A stretch of 48,574 nt of DNA from positions 1-48,574 of the forward strand of contig DASPRR010000337.1 of assembly GCA_035624375.1 (NCBI GenBank). The letters are read 5' to 3'. Of this stretch, positions 35,619-43,431 are shown piece after piece. How positions within the stretch are numbered: position 1 is the stretch's first letter; each line of letters begins with the position of its first letter. The position numbers were made by a program, and so were the translations under genes. The DNA is from Thermodesulfobacteriota bacterium (lineage in GTDB: Bacteria > Desulfobacterota > SM23-61). Below the pieces are notes generated by a model that had not been told where the DNA came from, did no database searches, and saw nothing but the letters and a program-made list of their open reading frames with translations.

Positions 35619-36782
35619 ATGGTTAAGAGATCTTTTTGGGCTAAGCTCCTTGAAACAGCATCGGCACGTAATTCGGTCATTTGGCTGACAGGAGTTCCGG
35701 GTTCAGGAAAGAGTTCTCTGTGCCAGGGCTTTGGGGATATTGAGTATTTTGACTGCACTATTCCAAAAGTTCGGATGGAGATGGAGGATTCCGAAGGATT
35801 TCTCAGAAAGTTGCTGGGTAAGACAGTGGTCCTGGATGAAATTCAGGAGGTCTCCAATCATCAAGAAATTCTCAGCATAGTTGCAAACCAATCCTCCCCT
35901 CCCAAAATCATTGCCACGAGCCCTCTAAGTCTCCATTCAAATCCAAATCTTTTTGATACTATAGGGAAAAAAATAACGCAGGTATGGATCACTCCCATGA
36001 TGTCCCAGGACCTCCTAGATTTCGGCCAAACAAACCTGGCTGATCGGTTTCTAAGAGGTGGACTTCCATCCTTTTTCTTGAATGGCAGGAAACCAGAACG
36101 CGAATTCCAAGAATGGGTTAATCTGTTCTGGGCGAGAGGACTTCAGGAGCCGTTTCGGGTAGAGAGACGGAATTCTTTCAATAGATTCATAGAACTACTC
36201 TTTGCCCAAAGTGGCGAACTTTTTGAGGCTAAGAGGTTCATTAACCCCTGCGGAATGAGCCATCCTACGGTAATGAAATACCTTTTGGCCTTGCAATCTT
36301 CCTGGTTGGTCCAGCTTATTCGGCCATTCTCCACGAGACATGCCTCGGAAATCATTTCTATCCCCAAAACGTACGCCTTTGATACCGGGTTCTTCTGCTA
36401 TTTCCGGGGATGGCAGGAACTGCGACAAGAGGATTTCGGAATTCTCTGGAAGCATTGGGTCTTGAATGAACTAAACAGCCATCTCCAAAGTAGGGTTATT
36501 CATTATTGGAGGGATAAAGGAGGGCACGAAGTTGATTTTATTCTCATAACCAAGGAGATGGGGATTACGGCCATTGTGTGCCAATGGAGAGAAAAGGATT
36601 TTCAGTCAAAAAATTTGCTTGCCTTCCGACGTCGGTATCCTGAAGGGCGTAACTGGATCGTCTGTGGAGATAATGTTCAGGCTCATACTCAAACCATGGG
36701 TAAAATAAGATTAGAATTCATGACCCTAAAGGAAATGAGCAAATGGACCGCCCCGCTGTGCCAGATAGAGGATAACGCCTGA
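35619..36782 (+). CDS. AAA+ ATPase with C-terminal DUF4143 domain (AAA_14/DUF4143 family)
   Basis: Walker A GVPGSGKSS, Walker B VVLDEIQ, and a C-terminal HYWRDKGGHEVDFIL motif typical of DUF4143 proteins. Confidence 0.8.
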   Translation: MVKRSFWAKLLETASARNSVIWLTGVPGSGKSSLCQGFGDIEYFDCTIPKVRMEMEDSEGFLRKLLGKTVVLDEIQEVSNHQEILSIVANQSSPPKIIATSPLSLHSNPNLFDTIGKKITQVWITPMMSQDLLDFGQTNLADRFLRGGLPSFFLNGRKPEREFQEWVNLFWARGLQEPFRVERRNSFNRFIELLFAQSGELFEAKRFINPCGMSHPTVMKYLLALQSSWLVQLIRPFSTRHASEIISIPKTYAFDTGFFCYFRGWQELRQEDFGILWKHWVLNELNSHLQSRVIHYWRDKGGHEVDFILITKEMGITAIVCQWREKDFQSKNLLAFRRRYPEGRNWIVCGDNVQAHTQTMGKIRLEFMTLKEMSKWTAPLCQIEDNA

Positions 36783-37035
36783 CCGTCCATAAAAATTCGA
36801 ATATCTGTGAAACCATCTCATTAACCTGACTAAAATATTCAGCGTGTAATAGAATCTCACTTGAGAGATTTCTATTCTGACCCCCCCCTTTTAAGAAAGG
36901 GGTGAATCATAAGAAGACCTCAATGAAACCCCAAGAAGGTAATAATTTGTTTCAAGAAACCCACTTCTTCTCCAAAGGAAAAGGCAAAGTAAGATAAATT
37001 GATCCCCTTAGCTTTTCGGCAACTAAGCATTAAAA

Positions 37036-37097
37036 CTATTGAATTTCAAGCATTGCCAGGCCACAAGCTTGCTTTTTCGCAAAAATGCAAAACACAA
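37036..37097 (+). repeat. Direct repeat copy B (uninterrupted), in the mnmG upstream region
   Basis: See copy A. Weaker similarity extends about 25-40 bp further on both sides. Confidence 0.8.
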
Positions 37098-37182
37098 GGG
37101 GGTAAAAGAAGGGTTGACAAATATTTTTTTCAATGATACTTAAAAAGTCGTTTTGCGAACGTCTTAGGAATACAATCGATAC

Positions 37183-37200
37183 ATGTTTCACGTGAAACAT
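37183..37200. promoter_or_regulatory. parS: parS centromere-like site (perfect palindrome)
   Basis: aTGTTTCACGTGAAACAt. The 16-mer at 37184-37199 fits the widely conserved parS consensus TGTTNCACGTGAAACA. It lies 31 nt upstream of mnmG and about 3 kb from parAB. Confidence 0.8.
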
Positions 37201-37230
37201 ACCCGCTTCCGAAGGATTTAAATTATTCTT

Positions 37231-39105
37231 TTGAATACTTACCCAACCAATTACGATGTCATCGTTGTCGGAGCAGGCCACGCCGGAAGTGAAGCGGCCT
37301 TGGCCTGCGCCCGCATGGGGCATTCAACTCTTCTCCTAACCATCACTCTGGAATCGGTGGCGCGCATGTCCTGCAATCCGGCCATTGGGGGGTTGGCCAA
37401 GGGACAGCTGGTAAAAGAGATCGACGCCCTGGGGGGGGAGATGGGCAAGAGCACCGACGAGACGGGAATTCAATTCCGGCGGTTGAATACCAAGAAAGGA
37501 CCTGCAGTACGGTCTTCTAGGGCCCAGTCAGACATGCAACTCTATCACCTGCAGATGAAAAGGGTCCTGGAGCGCCAGAGAAACCTCTTCCTCCGCCAGG
37601 CCTTGGTAGACGAGCTCATCATTCAAAGGTGTAGAGCTGAGGGAGTAGTGACCAATATCGGGGAACGTTTTCTTTCCAAGGCTGTCATTCTTACTACAGG
37701 AACCTTTCTCCGCGGCCTCGTCCATATCGGTCTAAAAAAATTTCCAGCTGGGAGGCTGGGAGACCTACCCTCAACCGGGCTATCCGAGTGTTTGTCGGGG
37801 CTTGGTTTTTCCTTGGGACGTCTGAAGACCGGCACCTGCCCCAGGTTGGATGGGAGAACTATAGATTTTTCCGGCCTTGAGGAGCAATGGGGAGATCATC
37901 CGCCGAAGCCCTTTTCCTTCAGCCATCGGACAGTCCCGCTTCGTCAAGTTCCTTGCCATATAACCTATACAAATTCAAGGACCCATGATGCCATCCGCTC
38001 AGGTCTAAACCGTTCTCCTCTCTATTCAGGGGTCATCAAAGGGACAGGAGCCAGATACTGTCCCTCCATCGAAGACAAAATCGTTCGTTTTGCCGAAAAG
38101 GACCAGCATCAAATCTTCTTGGAACCCATGGGTCTGGACACCCTGGAAGTCTACCCCAATGGGCTGGCTACCAGTCTTCCCATGGATATTCAGGTCCAAA
38201 TGCTTCGCTCCATTCCAGGCCTGCAGAGGGTGGAGATTATGCGCCCCGGATACGCAATTGAATATGACTATGCCGATCCGCTCCAATTGAAACCATCCCT
38301 GGAGACCAAGCTCGTCGAAAACCTTTTTTTTGCAGGGCAGATCAATGGAACTTCTGGATATGAAGAAGCGGGAGCTCAGGGCCTGATGGCAGGGATTAAT
38401 GCGGTCTTGAAAATCAGGGGCGAGGAACCTTTCATTTTGCGAAGAGATGAGGCCTATATCGGGGTTCTCCTCGATGACCTGGTAACCAAGGGGACCAAAG
38501 AGCCCTACCGTATGTTCACCTCTCGCGCCGAATACCGGTTATTATTAAGGGAGGATAACGCCGACCTGCGGTTGAGGGAAAAGGGAAGGACCCTCGGCCT
38601 GGTAAGTGATGAGGATTACCAAGAATTCATCCTGAAACGAGAAAAGATTCAAAGGGCAATAGAACGGATTGGAAGAACCATAATCCACCCATCCGCCGGG
38701 GAGAATGATCTCTTGAGAGAGCTTGGGAGTTCTCCCATTAAAAACCCAACCTCCCTTTCTGACCTCCTTCGTAGGCCGGAAATTTCTTTCCGCCACCTTT
38801 CCGTTTTTGCCCCGGCCTTGGCCTCCACCGAAGAGAATGTGGCCGAAGAGGTTGAAATCCAGATTAAATACGAAGGCTACCTGCGAAGACAAAGTGAACT
38901 AGTGGAAAAGGTGGTAAAGCTCGAGCAGATGAAACTTCCCCCCACAGTGGACTACGCAAGTATTCCAGGACTTTCAACCGAGGTTAAAGAGAAGCTGACA
39001 AGGGTGAAACCTCTATCCATCGGACAGGCTGCTCGCATTTCTGGGATCACTCCAGCAGCGCTTTCCATTCTGATGATTTATCTTCATAAGGCATCACCAA
39101 AATGA
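37231..39105 (+). CDS. mnmG: tRNA uridine 5-carboxymethylaminomethyl modification enzyme MnmG (GidA)
   Basis: YDVIVVGAGHAGSEAALACARMG...NPAIGGLAKGQLVKEIDALGG. 624 aa. TTG start as in the track; there is no in-frame ATG before the FAD motif. Confidence 0.95.
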   Translation: MNTYPTNYDVIVVGAGHAGSEAALACARMGHSTLLLTITLESVARMSCNPAIGGLAKGQLVKEIDALGGEMGKSTDETGIQFRRLNTKKGPAVRSSRAQSDMQLYHLQMKRVLERQRNLFLRQALVDELIIQRCRAEGVVTNIGERFLSKAVILTTGTFLRGLVHIGLKKFPAGRLGDLPSTGLSECLSGLGFSLGRLKTGTCPRLDGRTIDFSGLEEQWGDHPPKPFSFSHRTVPLRQVPCHITYTNSRTHDAIRSGLNRSPLYSGVIKGTGARYCPSIEDKIVRFAEKDQHQIFLEPMGLDTLEVYPNGLATSLPMDIQVQMLRSIPGLQRVEIMRPGYAIEYDYADPLQLKPSLETKLVENLFFAGQINGTSGYEEAGAQGLMAGINAVLKIRGEEPFILRRDEAYIGVLLDDLVTKGTKEPYRMFTSRAEYRLLLREDNADLRLREKGRTLGLVSDEDYQEFILKREKIQRAIERIGRTIIHPSAGENDLLRELGSSPIKNPTSLSDLLRRPEISFRHLSVFAPALASTEENVAEEVEIQIKYEGYLRRQSELVEKVVKLEQMKLPPTVDYASIPGLSTEVKEKLTRVKPLSIGQAARISGITPAALSILMIYLHKASPK

Positions 39106-39376
39106 GTATAGCATATTTATAACTTATTTATATTTTTATATTTTATTAAATAATAAAATAATCTTAGCACTGCAGATCTGCACCAACCGGTAATCCGGTA
39201 ATATTGATCTCTTGGGGGTCTTCTTCTAAAAAATTTTTTCTCATAATGGGGCTCATTATGGAGCGAAGCGCAAAGAGCAGAAAAGAGTTGACCGATCCCC
39301 CCAACCAGAAGGAGATTTTTATTGCCCTTGGATAAAGTAGAGACCCATCAGCCTCAAGGGAATCTGAGATTTACCC

Positions 39377-40078
39377 ATGTTAAATAGAAATCGAACTCCT
39401 TTTGAGGAGAAAATATCTCCGGTAGCTATTCAGGAGCCCTCTCAACTCCTCCGTGAAGGGGCTTCCAAGTTGGGAGTTTCGTTGACTGAGAAACACCTTA
39501 ATGACTTTGAGCTTTACCTTAAGGAACTCAACCGATGGCGAAAGAAGATAAACCTGGTAAGCCGAAAGGATGACCGGGAAATTGTTCTTAAAGATTTCTT
39601 GGATTCTCTCACCTTGGTCAAATATATTTCCGGGATGGCTTTCCTATTAGATTTAGGGTCGGGGGCTGGATTTCCGGGGTATCCGTTGAAGATCGTTCTC
39701 CCTGACTTGAAAGTTTTTTTCCTGGAAGCGACTCGGAAAAAGGTGTTTTTCTTGAAGGAGGTCCAACGGGCTTTGGGCATGGGCGGCGTTGAGGTCCGGT
39801 GGACCGCTGCGAAGAAAGGGATAGAAGACTTATCCTCCCGCTTCGATTTCGTTGTTTCCCGGGCCTTCGGGTCTATTCAGGAATTGGCTTTTTCGGGCCA
39901 CCGATTTCTCTGTAAGGGTGGAATGCTTGTGGCCATGAAAGGGAAGAAAGGAAGGGAGGAGTTGAAGGAAGGCCTCCCTTCTTTGATAGAAATGAAACTG
40001 AAGTTGGCATTTCTGGAATCACTTCAAATTCCTTTCTTAAATCATGAACGGACCCTCATAGGGCTCATTAAGATATGA
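39377..40078 (+). CDS. rsmG: 16S rRNA (guanine527-N7)-methyltransferase RsmG (GidB)
   Basis: LYLKELNRWRKKINLVS...DLGSGAGFPGYPLKI SAM motif. Position between mnmG and parA. Confidence 0.9.
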   Translation: MLNRNRTPFEEKISPVAIQEPSQLLREGASKLGVSLTEKHLNDFELYLKELNRWRKKINLVSRKDDREIVLKDFLDSLTLVKYISGMAFLLDLGSGAGFPGYPLKIVLPDLKVFFLEATRKKVFFLKEVQRALGMGGVEVRWTAAKKGIEDLSSRFDFVVSRAFGSIQELAFSGHRFLCKGGMLVAMKGKKGREELKEGLPSLIEMKLKLAFLESLQIPFLNHERTLIGLIKI

Positions 40079-40094
40079 AGTTCCACGTGAAAAC
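40079..40094. promoter_or_regulatory. Degenerate parS-like site
   Basis: AGTTCCACGTGAAAAC matches TGTTCCACGTGAAACA at 13/16 positions, with an extra A in the right arm. It lies directly after the rsmG stop and 70 nt upstream of parA. Confidence 0.35.
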
Positions 40095-40164
40095 AAAGCC
40101 TTTCTTTTTTCCTTGAAATTTCTTCCGCGATTAGGATAAGAATTTGGACTGGAGAACGAAATCC

Positions 40165-40947
40165 ATGGGAAGAGTCATCAGCGTCGCCAATCAAAAAGGA
40201 GGAGTTGGTAAGACGACGACATCGGTCAATCTTTCTGCATCGCTGGCCGTAGCGGAGAAAAAGACCCTGCTCATCGACATCGATCCTCAGGGCAACGCTA
40301 CCTCCGGATTGGGAATCGGAAAAGAAAAAATTTCGGATCGGAATATCTATCAGGCTCTGATCGATCAGGCAAATGTGAAGGAATTGATTCTGGATACGGA
40401 ACTTGAATATCTAAAAATCATCCCTTCGAACATCGACCTCATCGGGGCGGAGATCGAGCTCGTCGCCTTCCCGGACCGGGAAGTCCGTTTGAAAAGAGCC
40501 CTGAATGATGTGAGGGGAACCTTCGATTACTTGATCATCGACTGTCCCCCTTCCTTGGGCCTAATCACGGTGAATTCTTTAACCGCTTCGGATTCGGTCC
40601 TCATACCCCTCCAATGCGAGTACTATCCAATGGAAGGTCTTTCACATCTATTGAAAACTATTAGATTAATTAAGGATAACCTCAATACGGACCTGGCCAT
40701 TGAAGGAATTTTGCTGACCATGGTGGATAAAAGGAATAACCTTTCCCACCAAGTTTCAGAGGAGGTACGCAAGCATTTTCCCAACCTGGTTTTCAACGCC
40801 GTAATTCCTCGGAATGTGCGCCTGAGCGAATGCCCCAGCTTTGGAAAACCAATCATCTTATACGACGCAAGTTCCCGAGGGGCTGAAAGCTATTTGGAAC
40901 TGGCCAGGGAGATTATCGCCCGCAATCAACAAGGAAGAGAAAGATAA
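40165..40947 (+). CDS. parA: Chromosome partitioning ATPase ParA (Soj)
   Basis: MGRVISVANQKGGVGKTTTSVNL is the deviant Walker A. ATG 40165 is preferred over the track start at 40144. Confidence 0.93.
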   Translation: MGRVISVANQKGGVGKTTTSVNLSASLAVAEKKTLLIDIDPQGNATSGLGIGKEKISDRNIYQALIDQANVKELILDTELEYLKIIPSNIDLIGAEIELVAFPDREVRLKRALNDVRGTFDYLIIDCPPSLGLITVNSLTASDSVLIPLQCEYYPMEGLSHLLKTIRLIKDNLNTDLAIEGILLTMVDKRNNLSHQVSEEVRKHFPNLVFNAVIPRNVRLSECPSFGKPIILYDASSRGAESYLELAREIIARNQQGRER

Positions 40948-41044
40948 ATTTTTCTTTTGACATTTTTCTTTTTTTCAGTTTAAAGTGAATCGTCATTCAT
41001 TTTTTTATTTAAAGTAAATTCAGCAGCAAAGCCATATCTAAGGA

Positions 41045-41899
41045 TTGGTGAATTTGACCGCGAGACAGGCATTGGGAAAAGGGTTGGGGGCTTTAATCCC
41101 AGAAAAAGGCATCCCCGAGGCGGATGGGAAAAAAGCCCCTCAGATTTGTGGGATCGAAGAAATTCAACCCAACCCCTTCCAACCCAGGAAGGTATTCTCC
41201 GAGGAACAACTCCAAGAGCTGATCGATTCCATCCGGGAAAAAGGGATTCTCCAGCCCCTGCTCGTCCGGCGCAGGGGAAATGGGTTCGAACTCATCGCCG
41301 GAGAAAGAAGGTGGCGGGCGGCCCAGAAGGCGGGCATGAAAGAAGTCCCCATCCTGGTTAAAGACGTCTCGGATTCAGAGATGTTGGAGCTTTCCCTGGT
41401 CGAGAATATCCAGCGCGAGGACTTGAATCCCATCGAAGAGGCAGAAGCCTATAAACGTTTGATGGAACAATTCGATCTCACCCAGGAGGAAATTTCCAAA
41501 AAAGTAGGGAAGGATCGGACCACGATTACCAACACGGTCCGCCTGCTCAAACTCCCCCCGGAAATCAAGCAAAGCCTAGCCGAAGGCAAGATCAGTATGG
41601 GCCACGCAAGGGCCTTTCTCAGCCTCGACGGGATCGAGAAGCAGAAGCTTTTATTGAAAAGGTTGCTTACGGGGGGTCTGTCTGTCCGCCAGACCGAAAG
41701 CCTGGTTAAAAGATTTCGGACCCGCAATTCTCCTGTTTCCCGAAAGACCAACCCGGAATGGAGCGGCCTGATGGAAGAACTCCAGCGAATCCTGGGGACG
41801 AAGGTTCGGATTGTGGGAAAACGGAAACGAGGAAAGATTGAGATCGAGTTTTATTCCCTGGATGAGCTGGATCGAATCCTGGAGCTTTTGCGAAAATAG
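41045..41899 (+). CDS. parB: Chromosome partitioning protein ParB (Spo0J)
   Basis: LGKGLGALI, GERRWRAAQKAG (ParB box), and an HTH region. The start is ambiguous among TTG 41045, GTG 41048 and TTG 41054. Confidence 0.92.
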   Translation: MVNLTARQALGKGLGALIPEKGIPEADGKKAPQICGIEEIQPNPFQPRKVFSEEQLQELIDSIREKGILQPLLVRRRGNGFELIAGERRWRAAQKAGMKEVPILVKDVSDSEMLELSLVENIQREDLNPIEEAEAYKRLMEQFDLTQEEISKKVGKDRTTITNTVRLLKLPPEIKQSLAEGKISMGHARAFLSLDGIEKQKLLLKRLLTGGLSVRQTESLVKRFRTRNSPVSRKTNPEWSGLMEELQRILGTKVRIVGKRKRGKIEIEFYSLDELDRILELLRK

Positions 41900-41922
41900 G
41901 AAAGTTTACAAGGAGGAATCAC

Positions 41923-42309
41923 CTGAAGAAAAAAAAGGAAAGTTCCAGCGAAGAGATCAACGCCCTTCTCGGCGGGGGAACGGAATTCGAAGGGAAATTA
42001 TCCTTTGAAGGAGCGGTCCGGATCGACGGAAAATTTACCGGCGAAATTCGCGGGGAGGGAATGATCATCATCGGCGAAAAAGGGAATTTTCGCGGGGAAA
42101 TCGAGGCTGGGGTGGTCATGGTCAGGGGGGAAGCCCAGGGAACCATCCGGGCCAAGAATCGCATTGAAGCCTATATCCCGGCGAAAATTCACGCAGACCT
42201 CCATTCCCCCGTGCTAGTATTCGGCGAAGGGGTGATTTTTGAGGGAACCTCGCACATGGGAGCAGAGGCCAAAGAGGGAGACAATCACCCAATTCCAGGC
42301 ACCAAATAA
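41923..42309 (+). CDS. Bactofilin (DUF583 polymer-forming cytoskeletal protein), probable CTG start
   Basis: Own translation: (L/M)KKKKESSSEEINALLGGGTEFEGKLSFEGAVRIDGKFTGEIRGEGMIIIGEKGNFRGEIEAGVVMVRGEAQGTIRAKNRIEAYIPAKIHADLHSPVLVFGEGVIFEGTSHM..., a repeated beta-helix bactofilin pattern. AAGGAGG at 41910-41916 lies 6 nt before CTG 41923. The track shows only the 82-aa part from the internal ATG at 42061. Confidence 0.75.
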   Translation: MKKKKESSSEEINALLGGGTEFEGKLSFEGAVRIDGKFTGEIRGEGMIIIGEKGNFRGEIEAGVVMVRGEAQGTIRAKNRIEAYIPAKIHADLHSPVLVFGEGVIFEGTSHMGAEAKEGDNHPIPGTK

Positions 42310-42439
42310 GAAAAAGGAAATTTAAAACCACCAAAACAAAAAGGAGCATTCGGGTTTTGGATTTGATCGAGAGCTTGGCATTTAGAAATTTTTAAGGAGG
42401 GTTCCCTCTTCCAAGTTAGGAAACCCATGGAGATATGGG

Positions 42440-42868
42440 ATGATCGATCTGAATTTTACGGTAATCTTTCAGCTGGCCATCGTTCTGATCCTTATGGTTG
42501 CCTTAAGCAACCTGGTCTTCAAACCTTTTCTCCGCGTCGTTGAGGAAAGGAAAGACTGGATTGAGGGGGCCGAGAAAAAGGCCCGTGCGCTCCAGCAGCG
42601 CAGCGAAGAATTAATGGAGCGGTATCAAGACTCCATGAGCGCGGCCCAGGCCCAGGGGGCTTCGATCCGGGAGGAGATCCGCAAGGAGGCACTCTCCAAG
42701 GAGGCGCAGATTCTGCAGAAAGCCATGGAAGAGGGCAATCAATTTCTGGAGGAGATGAAAGGTAAGATCCGGGAGGAAAGCCAGAAGGCCAAGGCCGGTT
42801 TGAGACTTCAGGCCCAGACCCTGTCTCGGGAAATGGCCGAAAAAATGCTGGGGAGGAGTATTCAGTGA
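42440..42868 (+). CDS. F-type ATP synthase F0 subunit b' (b-like paralog)
   Basis: 142 aa with a single N-terminal TM segment, then a long charged helix. First of two consecutive b-type genes. Confidence 0.8.
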   Translation: MIDLNFTVIFQLAIVLILMVALSNLVFKPFLRVVEERKDWIEGAEKKARALQQRSEELMERYQDSMSAAQAQGASIREEIRKEALSKEAQILQKAMEEGNQFLEEMKGKIREESQKAKAGLRLQAQTLSREMAEKMLGRSIQ

Positions 42869-43431
42869 GAAAATTCAACCGCTTGCTGGGGTTGAGCCTA
42901 TGGGTGCAGTTTCTTGGGGTTGGAAACCTCTGGGCCGCCGGGGGTGGGGGAGGCTTCTCCGGTGAAGTGATTTGGCAGATCATCGCCTTTCTTCTTCTAG
43001 GTTTCTTTCTCGCTAAAATGCTGAAGAAGCCACTGGGGGCCTTCCTGGCGAAAAGGAGGGAGGAAATCCGCAGTTCCCTGGATCAAGCGTCCAAAAAGGA
43101 GAGTGAGGCCCAGAGGCTTTTGGGAGATTGGGAAAAGAAGCTAGAAGCCCTGAGCCAGGAGGTCAGGGACCTCCAGGAGACGATCCGTAAAGAAGGAGAA
43201 GAAGAAAGGAAAAAAATCATCGAGCGAGCCGAGGAAGAAGGGGAACGGGTCCGGAAACAGGCCCAGATCATCGCCGAGCACGAGGTGAAAAAGGCCCGGA
43301 TGGCTTTGAAGAAGGAAATGGTGGACCTTTCGCTGGAGCTGACGGAAAAACTCTTGAAGGAAAAAATTCAACCTCAGGACCAGGAGAGGTTAGTCCATGA
43401 ATATATCGGTAAAATGAGGGAGCTCCGGTGA
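42865..43431 (+). CDS. atpF: F-type ATP synthase F0 subunit b
   Basis: 188 aa with a TM segment IIAFLLLGFFLA, then a charged coiled helix. Overlaps neighbours by 4 nt on both sides. Confidence 0.85.
   Translation: MRKFNRLLGLSLWVQFLGVGNLWAAGGGGGFSGEVIWQIIAFLLLGFFLAKMLKKPLGAFLAKRREEIRSSLDQASKKESEAQRLLGDWEKKLEALSQEVRDLQETIRKEGEEERKKIIERAEEEGERVRKQAQIIAEHEVKKARMALKKEMVDLSLELTEKLLKEKIQPQDQERLVHEYIGKMRELR

Noticed and set aside
39106-39376. Replication origin (oriC) in the AT-rich mnmG-rsmG spacer, or in the AT-rich spacers at 35446-35618 and 36783-37230.
   Set aside because: I find only one weak DnaA-box-like 9-mer, no cluster of TTATCCACA-type boxes, and no dnaA in the window. An AT tract alone is not sufficient.
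39247-39386. Small ORF (MGLIMERSAKSRKELTDPP...) in the mnmG-rsmG spacer.
   Set aside because: It has no RBS and no recognisable motif, and it overlaps the rsmG start. It is probably non-coding.
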